The notes below the pieces were generated by a model. It did not search any database. It saw nothing but the letters and a program-made list of their open reading frames with translations, and was not told the origin of the DNA. DNA of 64,000 nucleotides from Thermodesulfobacteriota bacterium (lineage in GTDB: Bacteria > Desulfobacterota > Desulfobacteria > Desulfobacterales > SURF-7), in the NCBI GenBank assembly GCA_049320885.1, contig JBMORA010000001.1:370622-434621 (forward strand), in the 5' to 3' direction. A program made the translations under genes and the position numbers. This document shows positions 1-9,050 of this stretch, piece after piece (within the stretch, counting starts at the first letter, position 1; every line of letters begins with the position of its first letter).

Positions 1-702
1 GGTAGCGCTGAACCTTTTTTTAAGAATGTCGCCGGAGGGGCTGATGGCGACCGCTAGACCGGGAAAAAACAAACCGTCCCCGTTGTCGCCGATTTGATTG
101 CAAGCGACGATGAACAAACTGTTGTCGAAAGCCCTGGCTCTCAAATGCCGCAACCAGGATCGGTATTTTTCCGCTGGTGTCCCCCGGGGAGAAGCGTGGG
201 GAATGAAAATGACGTCCGCCCCGCTTTCCGCCATGAAGGTGGACAACTCGGGAAAGTGGGCGTCGTAACACAACTGGATGCCGAATGTCAGCCCCCCGGA
301 CCGGAAGAGGGGAATGTCTTGCCCGGCCTGAAAAACGGATCGTTCAGGTGGCGCTATGTGCAGTTTTCGATAGACCCCCAGGCAGCCGTCAGGCTGGATC
401 ACCAGATGGCTGGCATAGGCGCCTCCCTGTTCATCCTTCTCCATCAGGCCGGCCAGAATCGTTGTTCCGCTGCGGCGGGACATGGCTTTCACGGTTTCCG
501 TCACCGGATCATTCAGCTTTCGCGCAGCGTTAAGCCGGCAAGCCTTCGTTCCATAACCGGAAATGTTCAGCTCCGGAAAACAGACGATACGCGCGCCTTT
601 GCTGGCGGCCCTATCAACCCACCGGCGCATGCGGGCCAGATTGTCCGGTTCCTTTTCCACCGGTGCATAAGCAATGACAGCGGCAATGCGAACGGCTTCC
701 AT
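1..702 (-). CDS. Carbon-nitrogen hydrolase (nitrilase family), runs off the left edge of the window
   Basis: Not in the ORF track. Manual minus-strand translation from ATG at 702 (overlapping the TAA of the upstream gene) gives MEAVRIAAVIA...IVCFPELNISGY...YRKLHI...GIQLCYDAHFPE...ARAFDN, i.e. the Glu/Lys/Cys triad motifs; no stop before position 1. Confidence 0.88.
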   Translation of the reverse strand, partial: MEAVRIAAVIAYAPVEKEPDNLARMRRWVDRAASKGARIVCFPELNISGYGTKACRLNAARKLNDPVTETVKAMSRRSGTTILAGLMEKDEQGGAYASHLVIQPDGCLGVYRKLHIAPPERSVFQAGQDIPLFRSGGLTFGIQLCYDAHFPELSTFMAESGADVIFIPHASPRGTPAEKYRSWLRHLRARAFDNSLFIVACNQIGDNGDGLFFPGLAVAISPSGDILKKRFSAT

Positions 703-1145
703 TACAGGTCGAACTTGGCCCTGATTTTAAAAACACGGGTTGCCGGGAGATTGAGGACCCGAACGCCGGTTTCGGTCTCGATCTGTCCTAAATAGGTTTC
801 AATCAGTTCCATGGTGGGCGCGATGAAAGTGAACCAGATATTATAATCGTTGTCACGCTCATAATTATGAGTCACCCCGGGATATCGGTTCACGGTTGCG
901 GTGAACAGGTCGATTTTATTCTCAGGCACTCTGGCGGCACAAAGCGTGCTGACAAAACCCAGTTTGTCCGGCGAGAAATTACCGCCTATCCGACGGACGA
1001 TGCCGGCGTCTTTCAACCGAATGAGGCGCTGGATGACATCCTCCTCGGCCAATCCCAGTTCCCTGGCGATCATATGATAGGGCCTTGCCGTTATTGGGAA
1101 ATTCGACTGGATCCGGTTGAGGATGGATTTGTCGATGGAATCCAT
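702..1145 (-). CDS. ahbA: Siroheme decarboxylase alpha subunit (AhbA/NirD-like, Lrp/AsnC fold)
   Basis: MDSIDKSILNRIQSNFPITARPY...STLCAARVP...PGVTHNYER...YNIWFT motifs. Start taken at ATG 1145; ATG 1181 is an alternative. Confidence 0.82.
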   Translation of the reverse strand: MDSIDKSILNRIQSNFPITARPYHMIARELGLAEEDVIQRLIRLKDAGIVRRIGGNFSPDKLGFVSTLCAARVPENKIDLFTATVNRYPGVTHNYERDNDYNIWFTFIAPTMELIETYLGQIETETGVRVLNLPATRVFKIRAKFDL

Positions 1146-1152
1146 TTGGATT

Positions 1153-1584
1153 TCATTCTCTCCGGTTATCGGCGGCTTCATGGTTTTTCTCCATTGCGGG
1201 TATGAACTGCAGATGGACCTTGCGGGTTCGCGGACCGTCAAATTCGCAGAAAAAAACGCTCTGCCATAACCCGAGAACCAGACGCCCCTGCTCGATGGCA
1301 ACCAATTCCGAGGCCCCCACCAGGGTTGCCTTCATATGAGCGGCGGAATTGCCTTCCACATGACGATATCCCCCGGACCACGGAATGAGGCGATCCAGAA
1401 GGCCGTCCATATCCCGTGGGACATCGGGATCGGCATTCTCGTTGATCGTCACTGCCGCCGTGGTGTGCGGAACGAATACCATGCAAACACCGCTCGAAAC
1501 ACCCCGGCTATCCACCGCTTGCTGAATCCGTGCGGTGATATCGATGAATTGGGTCCGGGTTGCAGTCGTGAGGGTCAGGATCAT
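1153..1584 (-). CDS. yjbQ: YjbQ/UPF0047 family protein (secondary thiamine-phosphate synthase)
   Basis: PHTTAAVTINENADPDV, HVEGNSAAHMK and LGLWQSVFFCEFDGPRTR motifs. Confidence 0.9.
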   Translation of the reverse strand: MILTLTTATRTQFIDITARIQQAVDSRGVSSGVCMVFVPHTTAAVTINENADPDVPRDMDGLLDRLIPWSGGYRHVEGNSAAHMKATLVGASELVAIEQGRLVLGLWQSVFFCEFDGPRTRKVHLQFIPAMEKNHEAADNRRE

Positions 1585-1607
1585 GGGCCATCAGTTGTGG
1601 CACAAAG

Positions 1608-1646
1608 TCTGAAATAATAATCTGAAATAGTAATCTGAAATAAAAA
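1608..1646. repeat. Three tandem copies of a 13-bp AT-rich unit
   Basis: TCTGAAATAATAA (1608-1620), TCTGAAATAGTAA (1621-1633), TCTGAAATAAAAA (1634-1646). Confidence 0.9.
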
Positions 1647-1669
1647 AGGCCCTGACTGGATCAGGGCCT
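1642..1669 (-). terminator. Rho-independent terminator of dsrC
   Basis: Inverted repeat AGGCCCTGA-N5-TCAGGGCCT followed by a T run on the minus strand, about 25 nt after the dsrC stop. Confidence 0.85.
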
Positions 1670-1693
1670 CTCCATAACGATGAAGCGAAGAGC

Positions 1694-2011
1694 TTATACG
1701 CATCCGGTCGGTTTGGGAAGGCCGGCCATTTTGCAAGCTCCTTTTCCCGGTCCGGAGGGGAAGAGCTCATAAATGTGTTTCAGTTTGAAGGTGGTCAGTT
1801 TGGAGAGAACCCGAACCATTGGAGCGATACCGTTCTTTTTATAGTAGTCCTGAAGGACATTGATGACCTTCCAATGTTCCTCGTTGAGTTCGTCGATGCC
1901 TTCCTGCTCTTTAACGTACATGACCCAGTTTTTGGACCACTGGTTGAAATCCAGGATGAAACCGTCTTCATCTATCTGAAATTTCTCGCCGTTGAATTCA
2001 ACATCAGCCAT
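1694..2011 (-). CDS. dsrC: DsrC sulfur-carrier protein (TusE/DsrC/DsvC family)
   Basis: 105 aa; C-terminal ACKMAGLPKPTGCV carries both conserved Cys; ELFPSGPGKGA motif; AGGAGG RBS. Confidence 0.97.
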   Translation of the reverse strand: MADVEFNGEKFQIDEDGFILDFNQWSKNWVMYVKEQEGIDELNEEHWKVINVLQDYYKKNGIAPMVRVLSKLTTFKLKHIYELFPSGPGKGACKMAGLPKPTGCV

Positions 2012-2101
2012 TTAGATAACCTCCTTTATCTGATTATTTTTCACCAGGCCTCTTGCCCGTCTTGTCCTTCAATTCCCGTGTATACTGTTTGAAAGTGAGA
2101 C

Positions 2102-2129
2102 ATTTATACCAAACCGCCGGCATTGTCAA
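2102..2129 (-). promoter_or_regulatory. Candidate sigma70 promoter for dsrC
   Basis: Minus-strand TTGACA (2129-2124) followed by TGGTATAAAT; spacing to TATAAA is 15 nt, shorter than ideal. Confidence 0.5.
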
Positions 2130-2186
2130 TATCAAAAGTTATCCGTATTCCCCTGATAAGATCCCGGCCGTCATCCCATGATCCGG

Positions 2187-3044
2187 TTAATACTCCCGGG
2201 GTGTCCGGTTGATCTGGTCCAGGGTGAAGACTGGGCCGTCCTTGCAGACGAATTCCTTGCCGATGTTGCAGCGGCCGCACATTCCGAAACCGCATTTCAT
2301 CCGGTTTTCAAGGCTCATGATGATGTGATCATGGGCATACCCCAGTTTTTCCAGAACCGGTTGGGTGAACTTGATCATGATGGGCGGTCCGCAGACGATG
2401 GCGTAGGTATTGTCGTCCCCCTGGGGCGCTTTTTGTTCGGTGATCGGCGGGACGAAGCCGACATTGTATTTCCAATCCGGATCATCGGTTCGATCCACGG
2501 TGATGTGCATGTTGATATCGTCCCGTTTTTCCCATTCGATCAGTTCCTGCTTGTAAAGCAACATGCCGGGGCTTCGGGCGCCGTAGACCACATCAATGGT
2601 GCCGAATTTGGAACGGTTGGCCGGATCCAGCATATAGACGATGGACGACCGCAGGGTGGTGAAGGCGAAACCACCGCCGACGATCAGGATGTTTTTTCCT
2701 TCCAGCTTTTCCCAGGGATACCAGTTGCCCAGCGGACCACGGATACCCATGACATCGCCGACCTTCATGTTGTGCAAATGGCTGGTCACCAGCCCGGCCT
2801 TGTTCACCGTGAACATGACAAAGCCTTTTTCCACCGGTGACGAGGCGATGCCGATGGGGATTTCCCCCTTGCCGGGAATGGAAAGCTCCCCGAACTGACC
2901 GGCCTTATAGGCGTACTTGGCCTCATCCTCGGGATTGATGAATACAAATTTAAACGTCTTCAAATTTTTATCTTCGGTCTCGGTGATGATCTCGTCGATC
3001 CGGACCGGATAAGGTAAATATGGATTTTGCACAGTGCCTCCCAT
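2187..3044 (-). CDS. flxA: FlxA: FAD/NAD(P)-binding [2Fe-2S] flavoprotein (AsrB/PyrK-like)
   Basis: RGPLGN, VGGG, YGAR, VCGPPIMI and MKCGFGMCGRC...VCKDGPVF motifs; position in an hdr/flx cluster. Confidence 0.88.
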   Translation of the reverse strand: MGGTVQNPYLPYPVRIDEIITETEDKNLKTFKFVFINPEDEAKYAYKAGQFGELSIPGKGEIPIGIASSPVEKGFVMFTVNKAGLVTSHLHNMKVGDVMGIRGPLGNWYPWEKLEGKNILIVGGGFAFTTLRSSIVYMLDPANRSKFGTIDVVYGARSPGMLLYKQELIEWEKRDDINMHITVDRTDDPDWKYNVGFVPPITEQKAPQGDDNTYAIVCGPPIMIKFTQPVLEKLGYAHDHIIMSLENRMKCGFGMCGRCNIGKEFVCKDGPVFTLDQINRTPREY

Positions 3045-4120
3045 TATCGTTTTACCGCGCAGGCTTCGGTATCCGCGGAATGACTGTTCATGATGTTGCA
3101 GACCTTGCGGATATCAATGTTGACCGGGCAGGAACGGATGCATCGGCCGCAGCCGACACACATGACACCGTCCTCGTATTTATCCAGGAAGTACTTTAAT
3201 TTGTGCATGAAGCGCTGACGCACCCGCTGGACTTTGGTTCCCCTTGGATTGTGACCGGTTGTATGAATCGTGAAAAGCGGATACATGCAGCTGTCCCACG
3301 TCTTCATGCGCTTACCGCTTTTGCCGTGGGTTTCATCCTGGATGTCGAAGCACCAGCAGGTGGGGCACACATAGGTACAGGTGCCGCAATTGATGCAGGC
3401 GAAGGCAACATCTTCCCAGAAATCCGCCTCATACAGCGCCATGATGGATTGCTTGCGGATATTGTCGAAAGCGATGGAAGAACGAATCCTGGACTCGGCC
3501 GCGGTTTTCAACTCGGCGATGCGTTTTTCACCTGCGGCGCCGGCGTCGGTCACCCAGCCCGCCGCCTTGGCGAAGGCTGCGCCTTTATCCGTGATGATTT
3601 TGGCCAGATAATGATCCCCCGCGTCCACCAGCAGGACATCCAGCCCGCGTTCATCGAAAGGACCGGAGTCGGTGCTGGTGCTGAAATCGAGACTGCCGGG
3701 CTCGTTCACCGCCAGCCCCACAAAAGTGCAGGCCGCATAAGCATCGCACCAGTACGGATCACGATACTCGGGGGTATCGAAATTCTTTTTCACCAATAAA
3801 AAAGCCGCCGCATCATAGGGGCGGATGCCGATAATCGCGCGGGGAGAATAGTCTTTCCGGGCTTCCTGCATCCGGTTGCAGGCGTCGCTGGTTTCGTCCG
3901 TCGTATATACCATCAAGACTTCCTGGGGTGGGAAAGCGATGGATTTGGGCGAAAGGCGCGTATCCGTGGCGGCCATATCCGGCAGCTCATCCGGCCCCAG
4001 GGCTTTGAATTCGCTGAAGTCCTTGTCCTGCACGCGGGCCGGACCAACCAGATGATAGGCACTCCGGGTTTTCCCGATGCCGGTGGCCCAGTCTTTTTTG
4101 TCGATTTTGAAGACCTTCAT
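3044..4120 (-). CDS. flxB: FlxB: 4Fe-4S dicluster protein (AsrA-like)
   Basis: CINCGTCTYVCPTCWCF, WDSC and CVGCGRCIRSCPVNID motifs. Confidence 0.87.
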   Translation of the reverse strand: MKVFKIDKKDWATGIGKTRSAYHLVGPARVQDKDFSEFKALGPDELPDMAATDTRLSPKSIAFPPQEVLMVYTTDETSDACNRMQEARKDYSPRAIIGIRPYDAAAFLLVKKNFDTPEYRDPYWCDAYAACTFVGLAVNEPGSLDFSTSTDSGPFDERGLDVLLVDAGDHYLAKIITDKGAAFAKAAGWVTDAGAAGEKRIAELKTAAESRIRSSIAFDNIRKQSIMALYEADFWEDVAFACINCGTCTYVCPTCWCFDIQDETHGKSGKRMKTWDSCMYPLFTIHTTGHNPRGTKVQRVRQRFMHKLKYFLDKYEDGVMCVGCGRCIRSCPVNIDIRKVCNIMNSHSADTEACAVKR

Positions 4121-4227
4121 AGTATCTGCCTTTACTCGTTATGTTGGGTGTTCCGTCGGTCGGCGTGCCGGCGGCCGGGAAAACGACCGCCCGCCGGTCG
4201 AACGCACTGCGTCCGGGCACCGGAATA

Positions 4228-5175
4228 TTATTTGATGAAATCCTCCGGGTCATCGGGTTTGAATGTATCCAGGGGCGGACGTACATCCAGCGACATGCCG
4301 GCTTCCCATCCATACAGCTCGAAGGCGTCCTTCTCCAGTTTTTTGGTAAACGCCCGCATATTGATGTTGACCGGGCAGGCCCGCTGGCAGGCCCCACAAT
4401 CCGTGCAGCGGCCGGCGCAATGGTAGGCCCGCAGGAAATGGAACGTGCGTGTATCGATGGGATCCAGTGTTTTGCCGACCCACTGGGGACGGGATTCATC
4501 CACAAAGCAGGTGGGGCAATAGCACAACGGGCAGGCATTCCGGCAGGCATAGCAGCGAACACAGGCTGACAGCAGGTTGTCAAAATATTGCCATTTTTCG
4601 TCCGGATTCATGGCTTCCACCGTGCGCACGTCCGCGTAGCGGTCCACATTCTTCTGCTCCGCCACCAGTTCCGCGGCCAGCTCGTCATAAATCACCGGGT
4701 TGCGGTGAATGCAGACCGCGCAGTTCTCCTGAAGCATCTCGGATTTTTGAAAGGTTTTTTCAACGCCGCCGCCGGTGACCGCCACCGTATCGCCCGATTC
4801 GGTAACGGTTTCGATCTCTGTTTTGCATGCCGCGGCGATTTTATGCCGGTCGATCATGCCCGTGCAGGGGACGCCGATAATGATCAGCTGTTCCCGCTTG
4901 ATTTTGTTTTCAACGATGTGGGTGACGATATTGCGGCTGTCGCATCCCTTGGCCACGACACCGATTTTTTCCTTGCGGCCGGTGAGGTAATTGGCCAGGT
5001 TGATGCCGCAATTGCCGTCCCATACCAGTTGGACGACATCGCCGGGTTTTTTGATGAAACAGGGCTCGTTCATCATGGGCATGGTCCCCTTGCGGAATCC
5101 GATGACCATCTCCACCTGGCAATCCTTCAGCAGCCGTGCGGCGATTTCCTGAATTTTGTCTGTACGTGATGACAT
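4228..5175 (-). CDS. flxC: FlxC: 4Fe-4S protein (FrhB/FdhB-like)
   Basis: KGCDSR, GVPCTG, CVRCYACRNACPLCYC and CTDCGACQRACP motifs. Confidence 0.85.
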   Translation of the reverse strand: MSSRTDKIQEIAARLLKDCQVEMVIGFRKGTMPMMNEPCFIKKPGDVVQLVWDGNCGINLANYLTGRKEKIGVVAKGCDSRNIVTHIVENKIKREQLIIIGVPCTGMIDRHKIAAACKTEIETVTESGDTVAVTGGGVEKTFQKSEMLQENCAVCIHRNPVIYDELAAELVAEQKNVDRYADVRTVEAMNPDEKWQYFDNLLSACVRCYACRNACPLCYCPTCFVDESRPQWVGKTLDPIDTRTFHFLRAYHCAGRCTDCGACQRACPVNINMRAFTKKLEKDAFELYGWEAGMSLDVRPPLDTFKPDDPEDFIK

Positions 5176-5176
5176 G

Positions 5177-5608
5177 TTACGCTACCTTCGCTTCATGCTT
5201 GACAAATTTTTTGTTGGGGCCTAACGCCTTGACCGCTTCCGTCACTTCCGTGACCACCTTGACGAATTTGGTCGATTCCGCGGATGAGACCCATGAGAAA
5301 TGGAGGCGTCCAGGTTCGACCCCCATGTGTTCCATCAAGTTGTTGAATAACGCGAATTTCCGCCGGGCATGATAATTACCTTCCAGGTAATGACATTCTC
5401 CGGGATGTCACCCGGACACCCAGACCCCGTCCGCGCCTTCGCGCAGGGCGCTCAAGGCGAATTTCGGACTCATCCGGCCGGTGCAAGGTATTCTGATAAC
5501 GCGGATATTCGGCGGATATTGCATTCGACTGACGCCGGCCAGGTCAGCGGCGCCATAGCTGCACCAGTTGCATAAAAAACTGAAAATTTTCGGTTCCCAT
5601 TCAGACAT
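5177..5608 (-). CDS. mvhD: FlxD/MvhD [2Fe-2S] subunit, predicted selenoprotein (Sec at codon 67, TGA at 5408-5410), 143 aa
   Basis: The ORF track stops at ...GVWVSG, but the frame continues [21 protein letters not shown]...SWVSSAE...KVA to TAA at 5177. The TGA occupies the Cys of the MvhD GCHPGxCHY motif. Confidence 0.93.
5375..5391 (-). promoter_or_regulatory. Candidate bacterial SECIS element for flxD/mvhD
   Basis: mRNA AUUACCU-GGA-AGGUAAU: a perfect 7-bp stem with a G-containing loop, starting 16 nt after the UGA. Confidence 0.75.
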
Positions 5609-5672
5609 GCTTCATTTCTCCTTCAATCATTGAGGTAGCAGGCACCGTGGATTATGGCGCCCGGCTGATTCT

Positions 5673-8600
5673 TCAGACCGCCCCATGCACTGCGAAAATC
5701 TGGGCGAAGATCTGGTCGTTGTCAAAGCCCTTCAGATGAATGGCGCCGCTGCGGCAGGAGGCGACACACAGGCCGCATCCTTTGCAGAGGACCGGATTGA
5801 TCTCCGCCTTTCCGGCAAACGGCCCCTTCTCGGTATAGGACGGGGCGGAATACGGACAGATGGACAAACAAACACCGCAGGAACTGCACATACCTTGATC
5901 TGTCTTGGCTACTGTACCGCTGGTATGGATTTTTTCACGGGCCAGCAAAGTAACCGCGCGCGAAGTGGCCGCCTTGGCTTGGGCCACGGATTCGTCGATG
6001 GGTTTGGGATAATGGGCCAAACCACAAAGGAAAACACCGTCCGTGGCAAATTCGGATGGTCCGAGTTTGGCATGTCTTTCCACAAAGAATCCGTCTTCAT
6101 TGATGGGAATTTTGAAGAACTGGGCAAGCCGCTCATCCCGGTTTGGAATGATCGCCGATGCCAGGGTCAGAAGATCGGCTTCGATTTCCATGGGACGTCC
6201 AAGAACATGGTCGATAACGCTTACCATCAAGCGACCATCCTTCAGGTGAACTTCCGGCTTGCGGGAAACGGAGTACCGAATAAAGATAACACCGGCTTCG
6301 CGAGCCGCCTTGTACAGATATTCCCTTTCCCCGTAAGTCCGGATATCACGATACAGGATGAACACGTTCATGGCGGGATTCAATTTTTTGAGAGCCAGTG
6401 CGTTTTCCACGGAGTGGGTGCAGCATACCCGTGAACAATATGGTCTTTCCTTTTCCCTGGAGCCGACGCACTGAATGAATACGGCGCAATGGATATCTTT
6501 CATGGAAGGTTCCCCGTCCATCAGTCTCTTGTCCAGTTCGAGACTGGTCAGCACGCGCGGATCTTTTCCATAACCGTATTCATCGGGCTCAAAAGCCCGG
6601 GCGCCGGTTGCAATCACCGCCACACCATGCTCAACGACCTGATTCTCCCGATCTTTCGTCAGGGTGGTTTTAAAATTTCCAACGAACCCCTCGACATTGC
6701 TGATGGAAGTATTCAGATGCACATGGATGTTGTCGTTCCGGCTGACGGACTGAACCAGCATGGAAAGGCGTTCCTGTACGTTCTCTCCCTTGGCGGTTCT
6801 GGCGATGCTCAATGCCTGACCGCCGAGCTGCCCGGTCTGTTCCACCAGATGGGTTACATACCCTTGATTGGCGAAGCTTTGTGCTGTGGTGAGACCGGAA
6901 ATTCCTCCGCCGATTACAAGGGCTGTCTGGTTGACGGTAAGTTCAGCCTCTTCCAGGGGCACCGTCAAGGCCACTTTGGAAACGGCCATGCGGACCAAAT
7001 CCTTGGCCTTGCTTGTCGCCAAATCCGGATTGTGCTTATGCACCCAGGAGTTGTGGTTGCGGATATTGGCCATTTCGAAAAGATATTTATTCAAGCCCGC
7101 GTTAATCAAGGTTTCCTTGAACAACGGCTCATGGGTTTTGGGTGTGCAGGCTGCCACAACGATCCGGTTCAGTTTCTTTTCCTTGATGATCTGAACCATG
7201 TTTTCCTGGGTGTCCTGGGAGCAGGCGTACAGGTTGTCGGTGGCGTATTCCACATACGGAAGCCTTGCGGCGTATTCCGCCACGTTCGGTACGTCCACGG
7301 TGCCGGCGATATTGGTGCCGCAGCGGCAGACAAACACTCCGATACGAGGTCTTTCTCCGGTGACATTGAGCTCAGGCACCGCTTCCGGAGTTCTGGTAAG
7401 AGTATTTCGGGCCGCGGTAAGCAATTCTCCGGCGGCTTCAGCAGCCGCACTGGCGTCGATGACCGATTGGGGAATGTCTTTTGGGCCCTGGAAAGCGCCG
7501 CAGACGAATATCCCTTTCCGTGAAGTTTCCACCGGAGTAAATGAGTCGGTCTGACAGAATTTGCCGGCGGTGAGTTTGATCCCCAGGGAATCCGCAAGGG
7601 CGATGTTCTGTTTGGCGGTCTCAAGGCCGATGGAAAGAACAACCATGTCGAATACTTCCGTCTTAACCTGGCCGTCCTCGGTCACATATCGCAGTTCCAG
7701 ATCATCGCTACCCAGAACCGGGGCGATCGTATGAACCCGGCTGCGAACGAACCGGATGCCGTGTTTTTCCCTGGCCGCATCATAGTAGCGCTCGAATTCC
7801 TTGCCATGGGTCCGCATATCCATGAAGAAAATGGCGCATTCCAGATCATCACCCGCATGTTCCTTTGCGATGATCGCCTCTTTGATGGCGTACATGCAGC
7901 AGACCGATGAACAGTAGGAATGGTCGCACTTGTTCATATCCCGGGAACCAACGCACTGGAACCAGGCAATCTTTTTTGGTTCCCGATGGTCCTTTGACTG
8001 TCGGGTGACATGCCCCATGGTGGGACCCGATGCTGAAAGGATGCGCTCGAATTCCATGGAGGTGAGCACATTGGGATGATTGGCGTAATTATAATTGTCA
8101 AAGGCCGATGGATCGAAAGGCGTAAAACCCGGCGATAAAATAACCGAACCCACTTTCAGGGAAAGGGTCTGCTCTTTCTGATCGTAATCGATCGCCTCCG
8201 CCGGGCAGACTTTCTTGCAGTTGCCGCATTTCCCCTTGGTGAGGTAGATACATTCCTCCGGGTTGATGCTGTATTTCAATGGAACCGCCTGGGCGTATTC
8301 CACGTAAATCGCCTTCCGTTTGGACAAACCGCTGTTGTAGGTGTCCAAAACTTTCTTCGGACATTTTTCAGCGCAGGCGCCACAGCCGACGCATTTGTTT
8401 TCATCCACATAGCGGGGACGTTGGCGGAGCGTAACCTGAAAATTTCCGGCTTCCCCCTCAATGGATTGAATGTCGCACAATGTTTTTAGTTCGATGTTCA
8501 GATGCCGGCCGACCTCGACCAGTTTCGGTGAAATAATTCACATCGCGCAATCGTTTGTTGGAAAGGTCTTGTCCAATTGGGACATGACACCGCCGATGGA

Positions 8601-8717
8601 CGGCCCCTTTTCAACCAGGTAAACATAATAACCGGAATCAGCCAGATCCAGAGCGGATTGCATACCGGCAATCCCTCCGCCCACGACCATCACGGATCCA
8701 ATAACATCTTTTGACAT
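5673..8717 (-). CDS. hdrA: Large HdrA-like flavo-iron-sulfur protein with two fused HdrA modules, predicted selenoprotein (Sec at codon 60, TGA at 8538-8540), 1014 aa
   Basis: The ORF track starts at 8480, but the frame extends upstream through one TGA to ATG 8717: [26 protein letters not shown]...[24 protein letters not shown]. Two GGGIxG FAD motifs, two QCVGSR..CSxVCC motifs and ferredoxin motifs. Confidence 0.93.
8505..8522 (-). promoter_or_regulatory. Candidate bacterial SECIS element for hdrA
   Basis: mRNA CUGGUCG-AGGU-CGGCCGG: a 7-bp stem with two G-U pairs and a G-containing loop, starting 15 nt after the UGA. Confidence 0.65.
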
Positions 8718-8784
8718 GTGCGGTTGTCTCCTGTTTCGATAAGTTGCTTATATAGCAAGTTCTTTTAGAACTGATACCATTTTT

Positions 8785-8812
8785 TTGACATAAAGGTAAC
8801 TGAATATATAAT
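8785..8812 (+). promoter_or_regulatory. Consensus sigma70 promoter for the FAD/Fe-S oxidoreductase gene
   Basis: TTGACA (8785-8790)-N16-TATAAT (8807-8812). An opposing TTGACA at 8829-8824 points towards hdrA. Confidence 0.65.
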
Positions 8813-9050
8813 GGTCTAAACTTTGTCAATGAAAAATCGTTGGTTTGGAATCGATAAATCATATCGAAATAGTAGGAAATATCGCCGCTGATCGCAGCCC
8901 ATGATCCTTCAGGCAGCAATTTTGGGGATTCTGCAAAAAAATAAAATCCGGTTGAATAAAGATCAGGGTGGATGTAAAAATGCAAAATTACATATTTCCT
9001 CACGGAACATACACGCTCGGTCAGGAACCGCCGGACGGACGGGAATAGCC

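Noticed and set aside
94..795. 233-aa plus-strand ORF
   Set aside because: Antisense shadow of the minus-strand nitrilase-family gene, which has clear catalytic motifs.
1608..1646. CRISPR array
   Set aside because: Units are 13 bp and directly adjacent, with no spacers and no cas genes.
2025..2050. Rex operator upstream of dsrC
   Set aside because: Only one half-site (GTGAA) resembles TTGTGAA-N4-TTCACAA; the other half does not match.
5177..8717. hdrA and mvhD as nonsense pseudogenes
   Set aside because: Both stops are TGA, fall exactly at conserved Cys positions, are followed by hairpins, and the frames are otherwise intact; Sec recoding explains this better.
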